In this document: positions 12,673 to 25,300 of the stretch, in pieces
Numbering within the stretch: the first letter of the stretch is position 1
Layout of the letters: every line of letters begins with the position of its first letter
Source of the DNA: Dimorphilus gyrociliatus
Lineage: Eukaryota; Animalia; Annelida
Reading direction: 5' to 3'
NCBI GenBank assembly: GCA_904063045.1
Contig: CAJFCJ010000016.1
Location: forward strand, 558,001 to 622,000
DNA: 64,000 bases
Notes under the pieces: model-generated
Databases searched by the model: none
Told to the model about the DNA's origin: nothing
Seen by the model: only the letters and a program-made list of their open reading frames with translations
Translations under genes and position numbers: made by a program

Positions 12673-14017
12673 ATGGAAGAGAAGAGCATGAACGATTTAT
12701 GTATTCATTTTAGAAGAGCTACAAGTCAAGATGAATATGATGTTTTGGCTTTAGGATCATATTATCAAGGATTAGATAGCATTTCATACGAATTTGGAAA
12801 ATTAATTAAAAATCCTTTTACTGTTTGTACTGTTTGTTTGTCTGGTGATAAGGTCAAGGTTTTCTTTGTTATTTACTTTTTAGTAGTAATAACTTTAATT
12901 AATATTTTATATAGATAGTAGCGTTTGATTGCGCTATTGTATCAAAATGTCAAACGTTTGTTAGCTATTGCCACGCTAGAACTCATGAAAATTTTCGCAA
13001 GTTTGGTATTTTTGGTAGTCTAAGAAGGTTTACAATGTTAAATGTAAGGATGAAATATCAAAATATTGCCGAAATTGGATTTATAACTCAAAGCGTTGAT
13101 TTATGGGAAAATTTAATTAAGACGAAAAAGAAACCTGGCCGTATTCAAGGTTATACGGTATATAATTAATTTCCAACTGTATTTATTCTACTGTATATAC
13201 AGTATTTTACTTACTTCTTAATATATTCTTTCTTTTTTTTTTAAAAAAACAAAATAAAGAATATTAATGCTGTATGCGTAAATTACTTGGACGAATTAAG
13301 GAATCAGGTGAATAGCGGAAATTTTAACGATTATCTCAATAATAAAATAATTGGAAAGTACGAATGTAAAAGAATTTACAAAATTGATGATTTACCCTAC
13401 GAAATACTGGAATTTCATCCTGAAATAAGGAAGAATCTATTTCCATTTAATTTTATCCAATATCATATGGAGCCTCTACCAATAAACAAAGATACTTTAG
13501 AAACGCTATTGGAGAGAGGAAATTGCTGTTTTCTTATTTCTAAGGATAAGGTAAACAACAATTAATGAAATTAATTAATTAACTTAATGAAATTTGTCTT
13601 TTTTTTATCATTTTCAACAAAACTTAGCAATTAAGTATGAGTGTTGGTGCAGTATACATACTAGAGGATAAGATACGATATGACCTTGAATTCTATGGTT
13701 TTGGTTCTTTAGATATTTCATTTATTCATCTATATCATCATCTCCTATACATATTGAATTATGAGAAAATTTTACCAAGAAAACCGTTGGTTTTATCAAT
13801 TTTTCACCAAACAACAATTAATAATCATGAATTTAAAGAACTTGCTTTAAAACTCAATCTAATTAATCGAGATTGTATAAAATTTCCAGCTATAATTATT
13901 GATAAGATACCGCATTGTATTGCTGTTAAAATGCAATTTTCAGATCATTGCGCAATTGTTGAAAAAATAGCAAAATTCAAATCAAATGAAAATATGATAT
14001 TCAAGAGTAATCTTTAA
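12673..14017 (+). CDS. nat16: GNAT acetyltransferase, NAT16/histidine N-acetyltransferase-like, 367 aa
   Basis: Exons 12673-12852, 12915-13157, 13260-13550, 13628-14017 (1104 nt). GLDSISYEF resembles NAT16 GLDYLPSRY; motif-A-like RTHENFRKFGIFG; C-terminal RYDLEFYG. Orthology not established. Confidence 0.7.
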
Positions 14018-14729
14018 CTTTTTAACGAATATATTAATCCCTTTTTTTATTAGTGTCTTTTTATAGATGTTTGCACTAAACAAGCTTATTATAATATATA
14101 TATATATAGTACATATAACAATATTTCTATATGTGCTTGATCTAGTTTAGATACAAAGGAAATAACAATATTTTAATTATAAGATATAAAAATTTATGGT
14201 ATTTTCCATCTTATATAACTAATTAAAAATATATTGAATTTAGGTTACGTAATGCTGAATACAAATATTCACTTAATATTGATATTTTTTCATTGAAAAC
14301 AACTCTAAAACATCACGAAAGAATGTAAGAATAAATATTAAAAAAATATGGCAAATATCTATTGAAAATCTTACATTTATTTGCTATTTATATATAGGAA
14401 AAACTATAATTTAACGCCTTATTTTCCCATAAAAACTTTTAAAATTGTTTGAACAAGTGATACTTGTTTCTTTTACTTTACATCTTTGATATAAAAAACT
14501 CCAAATGGTTAAAGAAGTTATAGAAATAATAAAATCGATGATTTTATTTATACATTTTTTTTTTAAAAAAACAAAACTAAAATATGCTAATTACTTATCG
14601 TATTATCAGTCAGATATGTATGCCTTATGAAAGAAAAGTGTCGCAAGAAAAAGGCCTAAACCTAAACAGTATTGAAAGATCAAGTTTAATATTCATTTTA
14701 CAACTTACTGTCATTTTAAAGCATATAGA

Positions 14730-15869
14730 ATGTTATACTTAATAATTCTAACAGTTATTTTGATAATTATCCTTGTGGGTTTATTAAAATTTGCTAGATC
14801 ATTGGTTATAAGCAATTTAAAAGATAAATGGGTATTAATTACTGGATGTGATAGAGGTTTTGGTAAAATTACAGCTCTTCAGTTAAATGATATGAATGTT
14901 GGCGTAATAGGTTGTTGTTTGACTAAAGAAGGTGCTGATTTCCTAAATAATAAAGGAATAAAGGCAATTTGTTTAGACGTAACAAACGAGGAAAGTATTA
15001 ATAATTGTTTTGAAGATGTTGTTAAAATTATTGGAGAGGATAAAGGTCTTTGGGCTATTATTAATAATGCAGGTATAGCTACAGTTTGCGGTCCAACTGA
15101 ATGGCTAAATGGAGATGATTTTAGAAAACTTTTCGAAGTTAATACGTTAGGCGTTATAAATATGACAATTAAATTACTACCATTAATTAAAAAGGCAAAG
15201 GGTAGAGTTGTTAATATGGCAAGTATGTTGGGTAGATGCGGTCAACCGTATGTTGGACCATACGTTGTTTCCAAATTTGCTGTAGAAGGTTTTACAGATT
15301 CTTTAAGGTATAGATATTCTTACCATTTCATTCTAAAAATAATCACGGAACTAAGTTAATATTTAAGATAAAAATAGCTACATACTGTATAATTATTACC
15401 AAGAATTCCGTTAATTCAGACGGGAAATGGCGATTTGGAATGTATCTGTTCATACCATTGAACCTGGATACTTTTTAACTAATATCGTTGATTTTGAAAA
15501 GTACGCCTATAAACAATTCAACATTCAACCGAAGGAGATGCAAGAAATGTATGGTAGAGATTTCTTGGAAGACTGTAAATATAAGATAATAACTTTTAAT
15601 TAAAATGAATTCATTAACTTACACCATTAGGGATTCAAAGTGGAAGACAATTCATCAAGGACAATTGTAAATCGGATCTTAGCCCTGTAATAAACGCCTA
15701 CGTTCATGCAACAACAGCCAAATTCCCAAAAAGTCGCTACGTTGTTGGCGGGGATGCGAAATTTTTAACATTTTTAGCATCTCACCTACCTGATTTTGTT
15801 CTGGATGCTGTTTATGAGAAAATTTTGAAAAGAGATGGCCGAATAAAACCAAAAGCTGTTAGAGAATAG
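14730..15869 (+). CDS. Short-chain dehydrogenase/reductase, SDR9C (RDH16/HSD17B6/DHRS9-like), 323 aa
   Basis: Exons 14730-15307, 15420-15574, 15631-15869 (972 nt). N-terminal hydrophobic anchor, TGCDRGFG, NNAG, YVVSK, IEPG, RYVVG. Confidence 0.9.
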
Positions 15870-16340
15870 ATCATAAAGTAAATTATGTATAGAATTGAAA
15901 CGATATTTTTCAATATTCAATACAAAGATAATGAATTAATAATTAGTTTGTAATAAATTAATTTTACTTAGCTGATATCTCTTGCTACTTTTCAAATAAT
16001 TTTTGAACGATGCTAAAAATTACGAAGCTGTTTCTTCAACAAATATTTACACAACTTCTCTTTCTAGACTTTGAAATGAATGAACAGAATTACAAAGATT
16101 AAATATTGAATTAATATAAAAGAGAATTTCATATATAATAAAAAAGTCTTTATAGACGTTTTTCTCTTTTTAAAGTGATGTTTGTTTAATTTCAATAATT
16201 ATGGGAATATTCTTATTGAATTGACTCTTATACACAGATAAAGCTTGTTCAGCTATTTCTACACTTGTATATAAGCTCGGAAAACTGGAATGAAAATTCA
16301 TTCCGGTGGCTGATAACCATTCAATCAGTTACCTGTAACC

Positions 16341-19300
16341 ATGAGAACAGTCTTTGTGACTTGCTCTCTTGCTTTACTCGTAGTATTCATATCGTCTGCT
16401 TGTAAGTTGTTCATTTTCATTCAATGGTAAAAAGATATTTATGAAATTTTCTATTCGTTTTAGGTGGTCTAACCTTCAAGAATGCATGCGAATCTTCGAC
16501 TATGCAGATAGCGTGTCCTGAAGGCACAGTCATTTCTATAAACCAAGCCCAATATGGAAGACCAAGATATGATTTGCATACGTGTTCCAATTCTAACTTG
16601 CGCTCCCGTTCCGTGATCAAAAGAGTGAAAAAAGCTCATTGTGGAGCACGATCTTCAATGTTCCAGGCACGAAGACACTGTAATGGAAAATCTTCATGCA
16701 GTATTAGGGCAACTAATAGTGTGTTTGGAGATCCTTGCCGAGGAATTTATAAATTTTTAATGATTGGATATATATGCAGACCAAGTTAGTTAGCTATTTA
16801 TTCAATTAATTAAGTCATACTTTTAAACTTTCATAACAAAAGGGCAACACTGGAGACGAGTTTGTGAGCATCAAAAACTTCGCTTATCATGCCCACAGGG
16901 CTCAGTCATTCAAGTTCATCATGCATTATATGGTAGAGCCAGAGGAGATATGACAACATGTGGAAATAACAAACATGTATCAAAAAAAGGACAAAAAATC
17001 ATGGCTGGTCACTGTAAATCCAGAAAATCTGTTCATAAAGTCGTAGTAGCTTGTAATGGAAAAACAAGTTGTAGTATTCGCGCCTCAAATGGTATCTTTG
17101 GCGATCCCTGTCGTGGAATCTTTAAGTATTTGGAGGCTTCATTCGTTTGTCTCGCTGGTATGTAATCCAAATCAAACATTCAATTGTTATTTAAACCTGC
17201 TTTCACTTTAAAGGTAACATCAGAGGATATGCAAAATTCGATGGCAAGGATTATACTGGCCACGATATTCGTCGAATTCCCAACTACAATATTCACCAAT
17301 GTGCTACTTTTTGCAATAGCAAATCTCGTTGTCAAGGTTTCGTAGTTATACCTAATACAAAAACCTGTTGGATAAAACGTGAAGCTAGAACTCTTGGATC
17401 ATCTTACAAAAGCCATTCAACTGCAGTGTTATACCTCAAACATCCACAATGTAAGTTAAAGTATTCTAGTAATCCTTTACTATAAACCTACAATCACTTA
17501 ATTGTATGCAGATGCCGTTCAAGGATATAGACAGATTCAGGGTAAAGATTATCCAGGATATGACATTCGTATGCACGAGAAATCTAATCCTCAAGAATGT
17601 GGTTTAAAATGTGACCAAGCATCAGGTTGCACAGGATTCTTATACCAATACACAACACGAAGATGTTGGGTAAAATCAAAAGCACGGTCAAATGATAGAA
17701 ATGTAAAAAATCTGTCTACTGGAGTTCTCTACATTAGACTTTTTACAGTCACTATTTCTGGTTATCGTCGTGAATTAGGCAAAACTATCCGAGGACACGA
17801 TCTTCACTGTTACGCAAATGTATCACCAATAGCTTGTGCTAACCGCTGCAGCGCTGAATTGAAATGCCAGGGAATAGCCTACCAGTGGCCTATAAAAAGA
17901 TGCTGTACAAAATTTTACGTAGCCTTTTCAGGATCAAACGTCAATAATAATTACAATACTGCTCTTTTTATGAAAAACTTTAACTGTAAGTATAATAGAA
18001 CAAGTATATCTTTTGCATACCGTAATATCTATCATTCAACAGTTAATATAAGGGGATACAACAAGATTAGCGAAAGGGACTATGTCGGTCATGATATTAA
18101 ACTCATTCCATATTCCAATCCTCAACTTTGCGGCCATGATTGTAATCTTAATAGTACATGTAAAGGAGTTGTTTATCAACATAGTACAAGACAATGCTGG
18201 CTCAAGTCTCAAGCGTTGACAACGGGATCTAATTATAAAAGATCATCTCGTAACATTTTGTACATAAAGAGAATAACAGGTTAATATATTATTACATGTT
18301 TTTAATAAGTCAATAATTCTTTACTTATGATTTTTCAGTATCCGTTAGTGGTTATACAAAATTTGATTTCAAAGATTCTACAGGATCTGACATTAAAGTA
18401 TTAAGAAATTCCAGTCCAGTATCATGCTCTGCCCGATGCGATTTCAATGCAAAGTGTAAAGGTTTCGTTTACAATTTTCATAATAGAAATTGTTGGCTGA
18501 AGAAGAGAATTAGAACTAGTGGATCAAACTTTAGATCAGTACGACACGGCGTAACTTACAAGAAAATTGTTAATTGTACGATTCTATTAAAATTCCTTGC
18601 GAATGATAAATAATCTAATGTTTTATTTTGCAGTGAGAGTTCCTACTTATGAAAGTTCTCCTAGAAAAATATATTCAGGTTTCAATATAAAATGCTACAA
18701 TGGAAAACTGCCACAAGCTTGTGCTCATGAATGTAATAAATTATTGGCTTGTCAAGGTATTTCATTCTTGATCGCATCTAAGCGTTGCTGTCTGAAAAGC
18801 GCTGTAAAATTCAGTGGACATTCATTTAGAGACAACGTAGATGGTGCAGTTTATATCAGACCAATCACTTGTAAGTGTTTTTCTTTCTATTTATTATTTG
18901 AAAATCATTAACTTTTCAACTTTATCTTTTAGACAACGTACATAGATTTACCAAATATTCTAATTCGCTCTATAAAGGACACAATATTAAACGTTTAGTG
19001 AACTCTAGTCCTCAACTCTGTGGTTTTGTATGTGCAAACAGTAGACAATGCCTTGGTTTTGTATATCAATCTAGTCAAAGATCTTGTTGGTTAAAATCAC
19101 AAGCAAAACTGTTGGATCCATACTACAAGAAGAACAACCGCTATGTTCTTTATATGAAACAAGTTACAAGTAAGCGTTAATGGAAGAAAATTATTTTAAA
19201 TAATCAAATAATACCGTTTTTTTATTAGTTCCAGTATCACATTATAAATATCACATGAAAAAGGATTATCCTGGATACGATTTGCAACACTATGAAGATT

Positions 19301-22300
19301 CTAGTCCAGCTTTATGTAAAGCAAAGTGTGAAGATAACGGCAGATGTATGGGTTTTGAATATGAAATAACCACTAGAAGATGTTGGATTAAATGGAAAGT
19401 TGCTGATAAAGGAAGAAATTTTAAAGCAATGAAAACTGGAATCCTTTACATTATGAAGAGTTAGTTTAATGATTATTCAATAAAAATGAAATATACTCAT
19501 GCTGTCTTATTCATTTCCAGCTGAACTTTCTGGATATGTACGCTACCCTGGAAAGGCTTATCTTCGACACAACTTAAGAGTATTACCAAACTCCAACAGA
19601 AGATCTTGCAGGAGATTGTGCAATAGAATGCCAAATTGTTACGGTTTTGTCTTTAAACTTGGAAACAGAAGATGTGAGCTTAAAGGAGAAATTAAAACAT
19701 ATGGACCAAGTTCAAGGACAAATTCTCTTGCAGAAGTTTATCTTAAGAAACGTACTTAACTAATTTGTAACTTTTTTGTTGAATATTTCAAAGTAATTTT
19801 CTGTTTTACAGATCTTACTTCTGGCTTTACTCGATTCCCTCAAAAGGATTTTCCAGGTCACGATTTGAAACATTACAAGAAATCAACCATTCAACTTTGT
19901 GCTCAATATTGCGAAAGCAATATACATTGTGTAGCCTTTGTCTATAATACTGCAAATCGTAATTGCTTTATTAAAAACCGAGGAAAATCATCAGGATCAA
20001 ACTTTGTTAATAGTAGAGATGGCGAACTTTTCATTAGAGAAAGTAAGAGCTTTTAATATAATATTCATTATTAAATTAGTTAATCTTCTACTTTTTCTCA
20101 TTCTAGACTCAGTTTCCGGTTATACTAGATACGAAAGAAAAGATTATCCCGGTTCCGATATTAGAAATTTCCCAAAAACAAACAGACAAACTTGCGGTAC
20201 TCATTGTAATAGAAATACTGCTTGTATCGGCTTTGTGTTCAATACTAAAACTAGTATGTGTTGGATTAAAAGACAAGCACAATCGTCAGGACCAAACTTT
20301 AAAGATCATGTGGATGGAGAACTTTTCATAGAGAATGGTATATTTTAGCTAATCAATTTTTATCAAATACATCAAAATTATCTTTTCTATCAATCCAGAT
20401 CTTGTTCATGGCTATAGACAATATCCAAGAAGAGATTATAGAAAGTCTGATATCAGAAAATTTACAAACTCAAACAGACAAGCTTGCGGAGATCATTGTC
20501 ATCGTAATAAACAATGTACTGCCTTTGTATTCAATATCCAAACTAGGAAATGCTATCTAAAGAAGAAAGGAGAACCACGCGGAAGAAATTTTGTAAGGAA
20601 TGCCAATAGTGAACTTTTCATTATGAATAGTTAGTAGAGAATCTTTATCTAATGTTCATTATAACATTATTAAATTTACATTCTATACAGATAACATTGC
20701 TGGATATGCACGTCATCCTAGAAGAGAGTATACAGGTTTTGCTCTAAGATCTTTTCCCAATTATAATAGATATGCTTGCGCAGAGGAATGTAATACAAAT
20801 TCTCTATGCGTAGCATTTGTCTACAATGTTCAAAATAGAAATTGTCACTTGAAATCTGTGGGAGAAACAAGAGGTACACGATTCATAAAAAGTGTCGCTG
20901 GAGAACTCTTTATCAAGACATCTTCCCGTAAGTCCTAACTTGCAAAATGAACTTCTTACTGAATTATAATCAAATCTATTAATAATTTTTAGGTTATGTC
21001 TCAGACTTTCGTCGTTACCCAAGAAAGGATTATGGTGGACATGATCTAAGATCATTCCCCAACTCCAATAGACAAACTTGCGCTCAGAACTGTCGTTTAC
21101 AAAATAACTGTGTTGGTTTTGTTTATAATGTTGCCAATAGAAACTGCTTTATTAAATACGAAGCAGAATCTCGAGGACCTAGATTTGCTAATAGTAAATA
21201 TGGAGATCTATACATCAGGAAATCAACTCGTACGAAAATTTAAAACTTTATATGAACATATGAATTATAAACAAATCTATTAATCTTTTTCAGGTAATCC
21301 CTTAGGCTTCAGTCGTTATCCAAGAAAGGATTATGGAGGATTCGATATAAAATCATTCCGTAAATCCAACAGACAGGCTTGCGCTCTGGAATGTCGTCGA
21401 AGATCAAACTGCGTTGCTTTTGTTTTCAACATCGTCAATCGAAAATGCTTTGTTAAGTACGAAGGAGAAGCCAGAGGATCTAGATTTGCTAATAATAAAA
21501 GAGCAGATCTTTACATAAGAAAAATCTCACGTTTGTATTTAAGTAGAATGAGAAAAGTAACAAAGTAGAATGAATTTTTGTTTTAAAAAATAGGTGAAAT
21601 ATCAGGCTATAAGAGATATCCATTAAAAACTTTCTCTACACGACAAATTGGAAGATATAACAAATTAAATAGAGCTAGTTGCGCAGTTAAATGCAATGGA
21701 AATCCAGATTGTGGATCATTCGTCTTTAATTTTGTGAATTTCCGTTGTTATCTCTTGGATAGTGGAGAAAATAAGGGACGTCGTTTTACTAAAAATAACA
21801 ACAATGATCTATTTATAAGGAAGTCTTCATGTAAGATTTTAGAATGTTATTTATTTTAACTAATTTCATTTTAATTTTTGAATAGACAACGTTCGAGGCT
21901 ATCATAAATTCATTGGAAGAGATTATCAAGGTCACAACCTAAAACACTACAGTAGATCGAACAGACAATCTTGTAGAAAGGCTTGTAATGCTCATATCGC
22001 TTGCGTTGGATTTGTTTACAATGTTGATAAGGGAGATTGTTGGATAAAAAGAGAACTGAAGACCACTGGACCAATGTTTACGACTTCTAAATTTGGTGAA
22101 GTTTATAAGAAATCAGGTGAGAACATTCAAAGAGGTCTATACTCTTCCAGAATATTATCAAACTTTTCTCTTTTTAACCTAGAATCCGTTTCCGGTTTTT
22201 CACGCTACCCTAGGAAAGATTTTCCTGGTTATGATATTAAAGATATTAAGAGAGCAACCAAACAACAATGTGCCACGGCATGTCTTGGCCTATCAAATTG

Positions 22301-25300
22301 TGCTGGATTCCAATATAACAGGACTGGATGTTGGCTAAAGAGACAAGTAAAAACCTCTGGACCCAATTTTAAACCTGCTAGAAATGGAGAACTTTTCATT
22401 TTAAATAGTATGCTATAACCTATATATATATACTATATTCATTAGAATTTCATTGTCTAAATTCTTTCTTTCAAAGCTCAAATCCATGGATTTACACGAT
22501 ATGTCGGAAGAGAATATTTACATAATACCATTAAGAACTTTGGAAATTCAAATAGACAAGCTTGCGCAAACCATTGTCATCAGAATATCCGCTGTGTAGC
22601 TTTTGTATTCCGTAAGAACAACCGATTGTGCCAAATCAAACGTTATGCATTGGCAAGAGGTAAAAACTTTAAACGCAACATCAAAGCAGAACTTTTCATT
22701 ATTAATGGTATGAAAGTATATTATTATAAATATTCATAAGGTGTTATTAAATTAAACTTTTTTATAAAGGTGCCATTTCCGGATATAATAGACATGCAAG
22801 AAAAGATTATGCACTATTTGATATCGCCAGGTTCAGAAACTACAATAGATATGCTTGCAGTAAACAGTGCGATAAAAGTCAAACATGTGTAGCATTTGTC
22901 TATAATATTGTCAATAGAAACTGTTTTATTAAGTTTCAAGGAGAATCAAGAGGATCAAACTTTAAGACTAGTAAATATGGAGAACTTTTTATCAAGAGAT
23001 CATCTCGTAAGTAATAGATTCTCCACAAAAAAACATTTAATATTAAACCTTTTAAACAGGAGCTGTCCCCCGTTACGCGAGATATGTACCAAAGGATTTT
23101 CCCGGATTTGATATTGGAAAATATTCAAAATCTACTAGACAGTCTTGCGGAAGAATATGCAATAGAAACAGCGCTTGTGTAGCATTTGTTTACAACGTTG
23201 AAAATCGAAATTGCTATATCAAAAATCGAGGAGAATCAAGAGGATCAAACGTTAAGACTAATAACCATGGAGAACTTTTTATTAAGAGATCATCTCGTAA
23301 GCAATGGATTCTCCAAAAATAACATTTAATATTAAACCTTTTAAACAGGTGTTGTGTCCCATTATGCGAGATATGTAGCAAAGGGTTACCCAGGATTCGA
23401 TATTGGAAAATATTCAAAATCCACTAGACAGTCTTGCGGAAGAAGATGCAATAGAAACAGCGCTTGTGTAGCATTCGTTTACAATATTGAAAGTCGAAAT
23501 TGCTATATCAAAAATCGAGGAGAATTAAGAGGATCAAACGTTAAGACTAATAACCATGTGGAACTTTTCATTAAGAGATCATCTCGTAAGCAATGGATTC
23601 TCCAAAAATAACATTTAATATTAAACCTTTTATACAGGTGTTGTGTCCCATTATGCGAGATATGTAGCAAAGGGTTACCCAGGATTCAATATTGGAAAAT
23701 ATTCAAAATCCAATAGACAGTCTTGCGGAAGAAGATGCAATAGAAACAGCGCTTGTGTAGCATTCGTTTACAACATTGAAAGTCGAAATTGCTATATCAA
23801 AAATCGAGGAGAATCCAGAGGATCAAACGTTAAGACTAATAACCATGGGGAACTTTTCATTAAGAGATCATCTCGTAAGCAATGGATTCTTCAAAAATAA
23901 CATTTAATATTAAACCTTTTATACAGGAGTTGTCCGTCATTACGTGAGATATATCGGAAAGGATTATCCCGGATTCGATATTAAAAAATATTCAAAATCT
24001 ACTAGACAGTCTTGCGGAAGAAGATGCAATAGAAAAAGCGCTTGTGTAGCATTCGTTTACAACATTGAAAATCGAAATTGCTATATCAAAAATCGAGGAG
24101 AATCCAGAGGACCTAAGTTTAGAAATACTGTCGATGGGGACTTATATATTAAACAATCATCTCGTAGGGACATATTAAATTTAAAGTAAAATCTTTTTAA
24201 ATAATAAATTTTTGTCAATTTAGGTAATCTTCCAAACTATGAGCGATATCCAAGAAGATATTACCGTGGCAATAATATTAGAACATTCCGTAACTTAAAT
24301 AGAAGGCGCTGCGGTCGTAAATGTGATCAAGAACCAAGATGTGTATCATTTGTCTATAATATAGAAAATAGAAATTGTTTATTGAAGCACGCTGGTAAAG
24401 CTTCCGGACCTCAATTTAAAAGACATTCAGATAGAGATTTTTATCTTCGTAAAATAAGTGGTAATAATTAGAATAGCGTCATAAAAAATACATATTAATA
24501 AAAAATATTTAATATTAGCTGCCAGACCTACAACTACTCCCATGCCAACAACAGAAGCTACCACGACGAAAGCTACTACTCCATCAGCAGAAAGTACAAC
24601 AAAAACTACCTCTCCAGAACCAAACAGTAGAGAAACAGAAACATCCACTCTAGAACCAGAGAGTACTGAAACTGAAGCTCCATCTGCAAAACCCCAAAGT
24701 ACACCAACAGAAACTGCCACTTCAAAACCAGAAAGTGCTGAAACAGAAGCTACCACTCCTGAAACAGAAACTACTGAAACAGAAGCTCCATCTGAAAACC
24801 CCGAAAGTACTGAAACAGAAGCTCCATCTGAAAAACCAGAAATCAGTGACACAGAAGCTACAACTCCAGCACCCGAAAGTGATGAAACAGAAGCTCCATC
24901 TGCAAAACCAGAAAGTACTGAAACAGAAGCTCCATCTGAAAAACCAGAAGTGAGTGGCACAGAAGGTACAACTCCAGCACCGGAAAGTGATGAAACAGAA
25001 GTTCCATCTGCAAAACCAGAAAGTACTGAAACAGAAGCTCCATCTGAAAAACCAGAAGTGAGTGGCACAGAAGCTAGAACTCCAGCACCCGAAAGTGATG
25101 AAACAGAAGCTCCATCTGCAAAACCAGAAAGTACTGAAACAGAAGCTCCATCTGAAAAACCAGAAGTGAGTGGCACAGAAGGTACAACTCCAGCACCGGA
25201 AAGTGATGAAACAGAAGTTCCATCTGCAAAACCAGAAAGTACTGAAACAGAAGCTCCATCTGAAAAACCAGAAGTGAGTGGCACAGAAGCTAGAACTCCA

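Noticed and set aside
20804-23417. Minus-strand ORFs 20804-21055 and 23214-23417 and off-frame plus ORF 22896-23111
   Set aside because: Overlap well-supported PAN exons in another frame or strand.
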